64,000 nucleotides of DNA from NCBI GenBank assembly GCA_040954595.2, contig CM082582.2, positions 2,960,303 through 3,024,302 on the forward strand, in the 5' to 3' direction. The notes under the pieces were generated by a model. That model ran no database searches. It had not been told where the DNA came from and was given only the letters and a program-made list of their open reading frames with translations. This DNA is from Balanoglossus misakiensis. Its lineage: Eukaryota; Animalia; Hemichordata. The translations under genes and the position numbers were made by a program. Shown here one piece after another: positions 11,120 through 23,448 of the stretch. The stretch's first letter is position 1, and every line of letters starts with the position of its first letter.

Positions 11120-11662
11120 CCAATCAATCAATCAATCAATCTATCAACACAAAGTTTATATAGCGCCAAAATCCAAAACAAGAAATTTTGCCCAATGACG
11201 CACATGGTTAAACCACACTGTATGCTCTTTCGAACATATGAGTTTTCAGTTTTCTTTTGAAAGTCTCCAGGTTTGTTGATTCCCTGATGTCAAGAGGTAG
11301 TGCGTTCCACAGTTTAGGGGCTGCATAGGAGAAGGCACGGCCGCCATAGGTCTTGTTTTTGTAGGTTGTGTATGTTAAGAGTTTCTTGGTGGATGAACGC
11401 AGTGTACGAGTGGGAGTGTATGGCTACAGTAGATCACTGATGTAAGCGGGATTCTGGTTATGGATAACTTTAAAAGTTATCAACAAAATTTTGTAGTCGA
11501 TCCTGAGACGAACTGGTAACCAATGGAGCTGGGCAAGAACTGGAGTGATAGGCGTGAATTTCCTAGTGCGCATGACTATTCTGGCTGAAGTATTCTGAGC
11601 TCTTTGAAGTAGGGCGATTGTGTTTTCTGGGAGACCATACAGGAGTGAGTTACAGTAGTCTG
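11120..11662 (-). mobile_element. 5'-truncated L2-clade LINE 3' end
   Basis: DYCNSLLYGLP...LQRAQN.SAR...ITPVLAQLHWLPV..RIDYKI and GGRAFSYAAPKLWNALP...FKRKLKTH, with an internal stop. The 3' UTR has GGCGCTATATAAA and a (TTGA)n tail at 11120-11146. Confidence 0.9.
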
Positions 11663-11669
11663 TTGTGGA

Positions 11670-12237
11670 GTGGGGTGCCTTGAAATAAAATGTCCCTACT
11701 GTAAAAGAGATAGTGAAATACCTGATGCCATCAGTAGTGGTTTTTGTTTGCAAAAAGAGGATGATGGCATTCTCAAATTAGATAAGAAGCATGCATATTA
11801 CTATCAGGTCCAGACACAATTGGGAGTTTGCCAGTATGATTTTGGCTATTTTGTGGTTTGGACTGAAAAGAATATCCATGTTGAGGTTATCCAGTTTGAT
11901 GAGGACTTTTGCATGTGAAAAGGCTGAACACATATTTAGAACAGCTATTCTTCCAGAATTAGTTGGGAAATTTTACTCAAAGTTACCGAATACTGACAAT
12001 ACTCTAAAAAGAATTGATCCAAATACAAGCACTATTGGTGCGAATTCCAATGATGATAACCTGTACTGTTACTGTCAGCAATTTGAATCAGGGAACATGG
12101 TATGTTGTGATAATGAAAACTGCCAATTAAAGTGGTTTCATTTTGAATGTTTAAAGATAAGTACGGCACCAAAAACCAAAAAATTGTATTGTCCTGATTG
12201 CAGAAAGCTTCCACAGTTTCATCGTCGAAGGAAGTAA
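11670..12237 (+). pseudogene. YqaJ/lambda-exonuclease-like C-terminus plus PHD finger (second gene of an ISL2EU-type transposon), 5'-truncated and frameshifted
   Basis: LEIKCP, HAYYYQVQTQL and YFVVWT motifs; frameshift near 11912; ILPEL; PHD finger YCYC...CDNENC...WFHFECL...YCPDC. Confidence 0.88.
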
Positions 12238-12936
12238 TGTTTTAATAGACAGTAATGGAAAGATGATGGAAAACTTTGACAACAGAAATGTTGTCACATT
12301 GTCATTGTCACATCATGAATCATGAAGTGCAATAAAACACATATTTGGCATCAAACATTATTGTGTCCTGACCTTACAGTTGTTATTACGCCCTCACACA
12401 CACACCCTCTCTACAATATAATGATGTTTTCTAAATCATTCTATCAAAATCTATGTTTTTTGGAAGGTTCTCACAAGGGACATAGAATAACAAAATGTTT
12501 GATCAATAAGGGTAACAACCATACACCTGAATGAGGGAGTGCACAAAACAAGAAAAGTAAAGTGCAAAAGCCAACGTGGCGTATTTATTTACTAGAACGA
12601 GAAAAGAGTTGACAAAAGTACAGAAAATATTGAGCCATACCTCCCTGTAACACTGAAGGAAACACACAGGCTATCGCAATAGCAAGTCTTCACCGTGAAA
12701 ATACCAGTGAACTTTATTCACTCTGCTGGTACAATCGCTCAACGCGACTCCAGAACAACTCCAGAACTTGACATTCGAATGACCTTCTAGAACTTTCCAA
12801 ATATTTCCGGAATATATATAACAATGAAATACTGATGTCTTGTGACAGCCGGCTAGGCTGAGTAATTACAAGAACTGCAAAGGAATTTAAAAATTTAATG
12901 GTCAAGTCTGACATTGAGAAACATTTGTGAACTATT

Positions 12937-15395
12937 TTACTTTTTAACATTTACAATGGGCTCACATAAATTTGTAAGTGCACAGCTTACATGACATATT
13001 TTGTCAATCATTGATAATGTTTGCCCCTCCCTCGTCATCAGATAATCAATGGGGAGAGTGCTGTTTAAAATTGTATATTTCTGACGGACACTACCAATAA
13101 CTCATTCTACGTGAATTCTGCAGTGGGCTATTTTTCGGGTTGCTTCTATTTCAAGGGGTGATAATTGATTTTTCTGGTGAATGCTGGTATTTTAGCTGAT
13201 GCACATATACTTCCAAGTGAATCATGAATATTAAAACCCCTGTCAGCTAAGATAATATCTCCTGGTAAAATATTTCTTAAAAAACCTGATTGTTCTGTAA
13301 TGAATTTATCTGAGACCCGCCCACCCCATGCCTTTGAAATGAAAGAAATTGCACCTTGTGGTGTTATACCTAATAAAAACTTAACAGTATTATGATGTTT
13401 GTATGACGACCATGTCTGGGCTCTGGCCATAAGATTTGATGGCCTCTCAATGATAACTTCAAAACAATCTATAATTACAGCAATCTTCCTTCCAAAATAT
13501 CTGACAAATTCAAGTGGCATAGTCTTTTGAAGAACATCACGTGAAGGCCAGAAAACAAAATGTTTTGTCCTGGCATACAATACATTAAAGAGTTTATTAC
13601 ACCTATCAAAAAATATTTTTCATTGTTTGACTGTAAACTAAAATTGCATTCATGATTTGAATTCTGGTGTCGTTTTTTTTTTATTCTCGTCGATGAATAA
13701 ATGTTATCCTAATAAATGTTCACTCCTTCAAAAAACTCTCTGTCTGAACGGTCCCGTTACGTGTGACGTCATTGGGGGCTCTCCTTCGCTTTTAGTCTAC
13801 AATTCATCGCATCGAGAGGCGTACATGTCGTCTACTTGACTTTTATGGCGTCAACGTTAAACACGGTCAGTGACGAGGCATTTTGTTGGGAGAGTATAAG
13901 ATTCAGACAGTAGCGATGGAGAGTTTCGGGCTCTTCGTCGCTGCTTTCAAGGAAATTCCTGTCACAGCCGTATAGATTTGAACCAGCAAGGCGTGAGGTG
14001 AGGTCTCTCCTCAACCTGTTCGGGCTGGTGGGGAATCCGTCGATGTACCGAGCGAAGAAATGCCTGCAAGCGCGGGTCGAGATTCGCCAGAGTCTTCTCG
14101 AGTGGGAAATATAGATTGGTGAATAAGCATCATTTTCTGTTTGTTTGTTTTTATTTTACAATAAATATTCAGGGAGTGGTTCAGTGAAACTCAAATATTC
14201 TCGTAGCCGATCTGCCTCCCCGATACGGAGGTCTGCGCTCGTCTGATCACCGATATATACACTAAGAACCCGGTGCGCGGCACCACGCCATGCCGACACG
14301 GTCCGTACTAAAACATCATTGCTGACATCTCAGTTGTGAAAAAAACGTAATGGGACGACAAATTTCATACATAAATGTCACAGATAAACTCCCTGTTCAC
14401 AAGCGACCGGTTACCCAAAACTGGCATAACACCGGTACAGTTCCATTCATCATTACCTTTACGGTGATGTAGTGACCTTTGGGCCGTTTTGTACGAAGCG
14501 CTCCCATTTTTCTCTCAGTCCTTTGCTTTTCGGAAATCTATGTACACTACGGATAGTGTTTTTACAGCCCCCGACGACGCATCGTTTGATAATAATGATG
14601 GAAACGCGGGACTCTCGCTTTGGGCTAAGCTGTGCAACGATATCACTGTTTACATACTGGCAACGACTTCCCCCAATGACGTCATGTCACGTGGTCTATA
14701 CGCGGCAAATACGAATTGAGATTTTTTCTGAGGGACATGAATTTCGACGATTTTATTAATGAATCATTAATTATAGAAAACCACAGCCAAAATATAATGT
14801 CTTGATTTGGATAAAATGGTTATTTTACTAAATGAATCTTTTACACTCAAATGAAATAAAAATAGGTGTAATAATTCCTTTAATGACATCACAAAAAAAT
14901 CTAGAAATTGTCGATTGTGAAACATGAAACTCATAAGCAAGGAACTGCTCAGCCAAATTCAGAAGTAAACGCATAAGTACCATAAATAAAATTTGAAATC
15001 TGGTCATTGATTTTTTATTTGGGAGGTGTGGCTCAAGATAATTATATAACGTGGAGAACACCAGAAAGAATGACAAACTTTTTCATCTTCATTGCTCAAG
15101 TCATCGAGACGATAGTCTGAAAATGACTTGGACCGACCAAGCATGTGAGTCTGTAAGTCCGTCTTCTCTTGTCTCAACTGTTGCAATTCTTCTGTCAAAA
15201 AGAATTCCATCAATATCTGTTTGTGTTCCCATATCTCGTCTGTTGCTACCAGTACTACCATCGTGGCATGCAGCTGGTGCTTCATCTGTAGCTGATACAC
15301 TAACGACTACCCTTCTTTTCGCTTCTCTTTCCTGCTGTCTTATATATCTTTTTTGGCTTGACACTGGTATGGCAAGCCTCAGGGGTCTTAAGTAT
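12937..15395 (-). pseudogene. ISL2EU/Harbinger-family DDE transposase pseudogene, interrupted at 13589-14879
   Basis: HTH region (LMRLLLNL....LAYEFHVSQSTISR), [51 protein letters not shown] and CALTNL. Several frameshifts and a stop. Removing the insertion restores FFCDVINVLYAR. Confidence 0.9.
13589..14879. mobile_element. Non-autonomous Kolobok-type element, 1291 bp
   Basis: TTAA TSD at 13585-13588 and 14880-14883. TIRs AGAGTTTATTACACCTAT and AGGAATTATTACACCTAT give AG..CT termini. Precise removal restores the host transposase frame. Confidence 0.85.
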
Positions 15396-15397
15396 AG

Positions 15398-15700
15398 CAA
15401 TAGTAGTATATAATGTTGAAGTAGTACGATTATATTTTGATTCATTAATATATTATAATAAATAGTAGTATATAATGTTGAAGTAGTACGATTATATTTT
15501 GATTCGTTAATATATTATAAATAAATAGTAGTATATAATGTTGAAGTAGTACGATTATATTTTGATTCGTTAATATATTATAAATAAATAGTAGTATATA
15601 ATGTTGAAGTAGTACGATTATATTTTGATTCGTTAATATATTATAAATAAATAGTAGTATATAATGTTGAAGTAGTACGATTATATTTTGATTCGTTAAT
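15398..15700. repeat. AT-rich minisatellite, 63-bp unit, ~5 copies
   Basis: AAGTAGTACGATTATATTTTGATTC recurs at 15419, 15481, 15544, 15607 and 15670. Confidence 0.95.
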
Positions 15701-18700
15701 TCGGGGGGGGGGGCATCATTTTTTGGTTCTGGGTGAAGGGGGGGTCGGCCTGATTTTGAGAACCGATGACACAAACTTGCCGCCCCCCCCCCCCCCTGCC
15801 GTAATATCATGTAATCACATCAAGGCTTGATAAGAAAGATGACATTGAAATATGTAATAGACAAATAAGTTACCATGGACGATTACACTGATACCCAAAA
15901 ATCTAAGCACGTGCCTAACTCGCCTTTGACAAATACAAACAAGTCTTGCGCGAACGAGACTGGAAATGCAAATTTATGCAGATACAAATGGCTCCTCGAT
16001 ATCGAAGACTCGTGGAAAGACTTCTCCGACTTTAATAGCTTTTTTATATTTACTGTAAAGGACAGTTTTGGTGTGATAGTCGTGACAGACACTAGTATTA
16101 GCGCTGTGTCTTAATTCGCCTCGTCGACGGTAACAACACCATCGTCCGTTCGCACGTGCTCGCTCAACTACATGCAGTCTCCTATTTTCCGGAGAGCAAT
16201 GGCGACCTTGGCGGGCGAAGCGCGAAGATGTAGCAACATTTGGCATTTCTTTACTAGGACACGTGTACTCTGGGCACCGTACTCCTCACGGGATCTGATT
16301 CACTCAGATCAGTACACGTCCTCTAGTGTTTAATGCCACGTCATTTTTTGAGTGCATAGCTGGGATGAAATGACAGTTTATTATCAGTCGGTACACATGA
16401 CATTTTCGGCCTATTTGGAGTGTGCACAAGTTTTATAAGCTTTATAGGACCATCTAAGCTCTAAGTCACAATACAGAACTAGGTTTCGGCATGGCATACG
16501 ATCAACTTAAGAGCTAGGGGTGGCCAGATAATGCGTTTTATTGACCCCTACAGTACGGAACTAGGGGAGGGCATGGCATTTTATTATGAGTTGTAGAACT
16601 AGGCAAGACATTGGCAGACATTTTACTAAACCAAGTACATGAGCATTACAGTTGATTAGCCTAAACGTTTCAGTTCATAACTAGGAACATGGGCATGATA
16701 TTTTACTAACAGTTCAAGTACCAGTACAACCCTTGGGGTGGGAGTAACATTTTATGAACAACTATAGAGAAGCAAGGAGGGCATGACATTTTTATTATTG
16801 GTAACTTATAGTACAAAGTGAGTGTTGGACATGACATTTGACTAACAGTTATAGTACAGAACTAAGGGAAGGCATGGCATTTTACTAAAAAGCAAGGGAT
16901 TTGCATGATATTGTACTTACACTTATGTATTACATGTAGTACAATGAGGGATTGTCATAACATTTTATTAACAGCAACAGTACAGAACAAGGGGAGGGTA
17001 TGACACTTTATTATCAATTAACACAGCAAAGGGATGGGCATGGCGACCTTGGCGGGCGAAGCGCGAAGATGTAGCAACATTTGGCATTTCTTTACTAGGA
17101 CACGTGTACTCTGGGCACCGTACTCCTCACGGGATCTGATTCACTCAGATCAGTACACGTCCTCTAGTGTTTAATGCCACATCATTTTTGAGTGCATATG
17201 TCTCGAATTGTACCAAATAAGTTAACATGGACGATTACATTGACACCCAACAAACTAAGCACATGACTAACTCGCCTTTGGCAATTACAAACAAGCCACC
17301 CGCGAACGAGGCTGGAAGGCGTGGCTTTCTGGTATGCAAATGCAGATACAAATGGCTCCTCGAGAACGAAGACACGTCAAAAGACTTCTCCGACGTAGTC
17401 TGTTTTTATATTTACTGTAAAGGAGTTTTGGTGTGATAGTCGTTACAGACACTATTATTAGCGCTGTGTCTTAATTCTCCTCGCCGACGGTCGCAACACG
17501 ACTTTCCGCTCGCACGTGTTCGCTCGACCACACTCCTATTTTCCGGAGAGCAATGGCGGGCGAAGCGCGAAGATGTAGCAACACTTGGCATTTCTCTACT
17601 AGTACACGTGTACTCTGGGCACCGTACTCCTCACGGGATCTGTTTCACTGAGATCAGTACACGTTCTCTAGTGTTAATGCCACATCATTTTTTGAGTGCA
17701 TAGCTGGGATGAAATGACAGTTTATTATCAGTCGGTACACATGACATTTTCGGCCTATTTGAAGTGTGCACACGTTTTATAAAATTTATAGGACCATCTA
17801 AGCTCTAAGTCACAATTATACAGAACTAGGTTTCGGCATGGCATACGATCAACTTAAGAGCTAGGGGTGGCCAGATAATACGGTTTATTGACCCCTACAG
17901 TGCGGAACTAGGGGAGGGCATGGCATTTTATTATGAGTTGTAGAACTAGGCAAGACATTGGCAGACATTTTGCTCAACCAAGTCCATGAGCATTACAGTT
18001 GATTAGCCTAAACGTTTCAGTTCATAACTAGGAACATGGGCATGATATTTTACTAACAGTTCAAGTACCAGTACAACCCTTGGGGTGGGAGTAACATTTT
18101 ATTAACAACTATAGAGAAGCAGGGAGGGCATGACATTTTTATTATTGGTAACTTATAGTACAAAGTGAGTGTTGGGCATGACATATGACTAACAGTTATA
18201 GTACAGAACTAGGGGAAGGCATGGCATTTTACTAAAAAGCAAGGGATGTGCATGATATTGTACTTACCGTTAACTATTACATGTAGTACAATGAGGGATT
18301 GTCATAACATTTTATTAACAGCAACAGTACAGAACAAGGGGAGGGTATGACACTTTATTATCAATTAACACAGCAAGGGGATGGGCATGGCATTGGACTA
18401 CCAGTTATAATACCAGTACTATGCTTGGGATAAGTGTAACATTTTACTTATAGCTTAGTACCAGTACAAAGATAGGGATGGGAATATCATTTCATTAACA
18501 GCTGAAATACATAAGGGAAGAGTATGATATTTTATTATTGGTCATAGTGTCACTAATGGTATAACATTTTAGTATGACACATTTTGCAGAATTAGGAGCA
18601 GACATTATTCTCTAATTAACAGTACAGAGAATATTTTCATGCAATTGCAGATTGCAAGGAACCATCAAAACGTTATTTTGTTATGTTTATGTTAATGCCA

Positions 18701-19865
18701 TATCAGATACCTCATGTGCAACTATCACTGTTTCAACTTTCATATACAAGTATTTTTCAGCAACAGTAGGGAAGGGGTCGTCGCTCCCCGAGGGTGTCCC
18801 CCTTGATGAGAATATGCCCTACCATACCAGTGCAAACCCCACAATGGCGACCTCACGGGATCTGATTCACTCAGATCAGTACACGTCCTCTAGTGTTTAA
18901 TGCCACATCATTTTTGAGTGCATATGTCTCGAATTGTACCAAATAAGTTAACATGGACGATTACATTGACACCCAACAAACTAAGCACACGACTAACTCG
19001 CCTTTGGCAATTACAAACAAGCCACCCGCGAACGAGGCTGGAAGGCGTGGCTTTCTGGTATGCAAATGCAGATACAAATGGCTCCTCGAGAACGAAGACA
19101 CGTCAAAAGACTTCTCCGACGTAGTCTGTTTTTATATTTACTGTAAAGGAGTTTTGGTGTGATAGTCGTTACAGACACTATTATTAGCGCTGTGTCTTAA
19201 TTCTCCTCGCCGACGGTCGCAACACGACTTTCCGCTCGCACGTGTTCGCTCGACCACACTCCTATTTTCCGGAGAGCAATGGCGGGCGAAGCGCGAAGAT
19301 GTAGCAACACTTGGCATTTCTCTACTAGTACACGTGTACTCTGGGCACCGTACTCCTCACGGGATCTGTTTCACTGAGATCAGTACACGTTCTCTAGTGT
19401 TAATGCCACATCATTTTTTGAGTGCATAGCTGGGATGAAATGACAGTTTATTATCAGTCGGTACACATGACATTTTCGGCCTATTTGAAGTGTGCACACG
19501 TTTTATAAAATTTATAGGACCATCTAAGCTCTAAGTCACAATTATACAGAACTAGGTTTCGGCATGGCATACGATCAACTTAAAGCTGCACAGTTGATGG
19601 CAAATACCATTTTGGGTATATTTGTATTTTGTGAAATAAACATCGATATACAAACCTTTAACATGAAAATAATTGCCCTACCCATGGACTCGGGTCAAAT
19701 TTACTCATATAACGATATAAGCTTCATAGAAAAAGTCCGATGGTAAACAACATGTTTACATGAACCGCCGATACTACACGGAAACTGTGACGTCACAATC
19801 ACGAGACCAGACGCGATCTAGCGTGAGGACGTGGCTTCATTCACGCGCATGTGCATGCTGTCAAC

Positions 19866-22800
19866 ATGGAGGTGAGTGTTCATGAATAAACATGAAAAAG
19901 TTTTATACTATACGTATCTTTTGTTTACTCTTAGGATATCTAGTTTCAGTGTGATCTCTCTTTTTTTCGTTTTATAAGACTGGTTGTCGTAAGCATCGGC
20001 ATATTTTGGTGATTTGAAGAACAACTTGACGATAAAAATCGTTGATACACGTGTACGTTATTAGCTAGATGCATGTCTGCGGATTTCTAACACTGGGAAC
20101 TGTAATCGTTTGGTCTGTATTCGTAATAGAAAAGTGTTCTTTTTTAGCTTTCGGATGGTTTACGAACAAGTCCGCTTTGCATTTGTTCATGAAAATATCA
20201 ACAACGGTATCGTGTTGACAAAAGAGCCGAATACCATGGGAAAATCACGACGGGCCGGGAGGGATTGTATATATTACCGTGAATTACATGCATGTCAAAA
20301 CATATATACAAATTGCACCTCTACCGACATGATGTACTGGTATAAGGATATTTGTGCCATGAAAGTTACGAAACCAAGACATAAATTAAAGCTGCAAGCA
20401 GCATTGTCCGGGCCCAAGCTCTATTATCTGATCTGATTATTAGATCTGCACATAATTAATGAGTAGAAACATAATGTTATGTTTTATCCCATGAAATATC
20501 AATATTATATCTATGTTTAGTGCTGATATAGTGTTAAGTAGGTCAAAGGTCACCCAGAGGTCACCCACAATTTGGGCAGAAAATTTTGACCCATAGTGGT
20601 CCATGTCCAACAAAAACCAGACCTCTAGCCCTTTTGGTTAGCCCGGAATTAGGTATGCACATAAATAATGAGTTAAGCAGGTGTCACAGGTGACCCAAAA
20701 CTTTGGCTTTTCATTATGGCCCCATACCTCCAAACGCCAAGGCTGTATCTGCTGTGGATGCTGAGATTTGCGAAAGTATGTCAAAGGTCACCAGAGGTCA
20801 CCCAACTTCTGGGTAAAAACATTTGACCCCATACTGGTCCTGTCCAACAAAAACAAAACCTCTAGGTCTATTGGTTCGCCTGTAATTAGCTATGCACATA
20901 ATTAATGAGGTCAGCAGGGGTCAAAGGGGTCGTGAAAAGTAGCAAAATATTTTGATCACACACTAATCCACATAAATCAAAAACCAAACTTATAGCCCGA
21001 TTGGTTAGCCTGGAATAAGATATGCAGAAAAATGATGCGTCAAAAGTAGGTCAAAGGTCATTGCCAAAATTACCAAAATATTTATAGCACATTGTAGTCA
21101 TATGATGATTCATATCCATAAAAATAATTTCTGTGCTATCAATGTTTAGGCTAGAAAAGGAATTTTTACTTTTTAATCGTTTTTCACAAAATCCAATATG
21201 GCCGCCATAATCTTCGACCAATCACATTCCCCTTCGCAAACTTGATAGACATCTGTTTAATGACCACACACACCAAATCTTGTGACTCAGTCATCGCCCG
21301 TTCTGGAGAAGAAGATTTTTGAAGTTTTACTACGGTTTTTCGAAAATCCAATATGGCCGCCATAATCTTCGACCAATCACAATGATCTTCGCAAACTTGA
21401 TAGACATCAGTTAGGTGACCACATACCCCAAACGGCGTGACTCGGTTATCGCCGGTTCTGGAGAAGAAGATTTTTGAAATTTTGACCAGATTTCAGAAAA
21501 ACAACTGTAGCAAAAAAACTGCAACATTGACAGCAAAATATCCAATTACAAAAATGATGGGCAGAGGGTATACTACCAGCACAACAAATCTGAAGTTGAT
21601 CTGACTTGTAGTTTCTGAGATCTGAGATTTGCATTTTTTCAGAAAATCCAATATGGCCGCCATGTCACGTGACTAATTAAGTATTCACAAGTCACTGCAC
21701 ATCTACTCATTGACCTTGACCACTGTAGCAAGTTTGAGAACTGTACCTGCAGCGGTTTCTGAGATCTAGAGCGCGAAAGAAATGAACCAAGAATAAAGAA
21801 AGAAAGAAAAACCCCAACGAAACCAATACGGGCCCAAGCCTGGCTTGGCTTGGGCCCGTAATTATATTTTTGGCGAATTTCGACGCCCTAGTAACAAAAA
21901 TATATACCTAAGGAATAATATGTTTTCAGGACATGTTTTATGTATATCAAAACAAAAGCTTATGTACTAATGCTAATGCAGGGCCTGAGTGTAGGGTTTG
22001 GTTTTATTTTCAAAATAACAGGAAATTAGTAATTATATGTGTACAATATGCTTGTTTTTCAGACAAGTTCTGACTATAGTCCAACTCAGGAAAGGTCCTG
22101 CACTCAAAAGGGAAAGGGTAAAAAAAAAGGTCGTGGACGAGGACGAGGAAGAGGTAGAGGAAGTCAGACTCAGAGAGGACCAGAATTTGGAGAAATTGTG
22201 CCAGAAGAAAGAAATATAAGACTGAGAGTGAGTATTAGAATGAGAGAGAAGCAATAATAAAATGTTGTGTTTTGAACAATGCAATACAATTATACAATGT
22301 ACTTGTAATTCAGTGTTTTTCTTTTGAGATTCATACCAAATCATCTAAGGAAATTGTATAAGTAATAACAAAGAATAGTAATTGATGAGAGTTTATTCCA
22401 TATTTGACTGTTGAAGGTTGGTATTTTTTCTCTGTGGTGCAATCAGCACTAGTAATCCCCTTTTCATGAGAACAAAAATAGTGTAAACATTGTTTTGGCA
22501 ATCATTATTTGACAATTGGAAATAGTATGACATGATTCTGAGCATCAATAAATAGTTTGATATTGTTTTGTTTTTTGTTTAAATTTCACAGACACAGATA
22601 TCACAAATGACTAGAGAGGAGTTGCAGGACTTTGCCCTCCAGGTGTTGGATCACCAACCAGGGTTGTTGTTTAACTTGTTGCAGCCAGCTGCAACCAACC
22701 CTGGTGGTTATCATCCACCACCAGGCGGCCAAAATCCTGCATGGTGTATCTGCACCTATTGCAGAGAAATGCCAAGCCAACCGGAGCGAGTGTGCTGCAT

Positions 22801-23448
22801 GAAGCAGCCCGGAGACTGCGTTTCTCACCTAGATGTAAGAATACTAACTTTTGTCACTACTATATAATTTACATTGCCAGTGTCTCATGTTCAACCCTCC
22901 CAAAATAATCGTCAAGTCCTTGATTTGTGATTGCATTACATAATTTTTTAAGCGTGATAAGTCATAACAAACAGAACTACCTACATCAGATGTCAGAAAT
23001 AGTGGGGAAGCCAAGTTCACAAGCCCCTATTTCCTTTTTCAAGATACGAATCTTCCTAAGAAATCATTGAAGAACTTTGATCAGTGTTATGTGTAACACT
23101 CATTCATTGATCAAAGGTCCTTGCTGTTTTCTTTGGTAGATTGGAATGTTCTGTTGATTAATTTTCACTCTATTTATTTCAAAGGTCTTCCAAATATTGG
23201 TCCTGCATGCTGGTGTTTTACACATAGCAAGGGCACTGCGGAACGATGTTTTGGCAATGAATGATGAGGATGACCTCAACCTAGCGAACCGCCATGCTGC
23301 CTACAGGCAATTCATTCTGTGGCAGCATGGCAGACTTGGCCCTGGTAACAGGAAAGTTATTCCAAGCTGCTGTGTGTGGCGCATCAGAGACAGGTACCCT
23401 GATGCATTTGGGCAATACAGAGGTTTTGTTGCTGCCAGACTGGGCTAG
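19866..23448 (+). CDS. Kolobok accessory protein (KolX-like; resembles the P2X7 C-terminal ballast/nanor Zn-cysteine domain), ~225 aa, spliced
   Basis: Proposed exons 19866-19871 (tentative ATG GAG|gtgagt), 22063-22227, 22592-22834 and 23185-23448, all phase 0 with GT-AG introns. Motifs [11 protein letters not shown]...ERVCC and [33 protein letters not shown]. Confidence 0.82.
20386..21860 (-). mobile_element. Non-autonomous Helentron-type (HINE-like) element in the first intron of the accessory gene
   Basis: One end has hairpin GCTGCAAGCAGC and subTIR CGGGCCCAAG. The other end has the inverted repeat CGGGCCCAAGCC...GGCTTGGGCCCG next to an (AAGA)n tract. Internal ~156-bp repeats carry AAAATCCAATATGGCCGCCAT. 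Confidence 0.72.

Larger units (their letters stand above)
11670..15395. mobile_element. Decayed ISL2EU-type DNA transposon (termini lost)
   Basis: Convergent YqaJ-PHD and DDE transposase genes, the known two-gene layout of ISL2EU. No TIRs located. Confidence 0.75.

Noticed and set aside
15445-15810. 121-aa hydrophobic repeat ORF
   Set aside because: By-product of a 63-bp (21-codon) minisatellite with no coding hallmarks.
22592-23448. Host P2X7 purinoceptor gene
   Set aside because: Only the C-terminal cysteine-rich domain is present, with no channel exons, and it lies within transposon TIRs.
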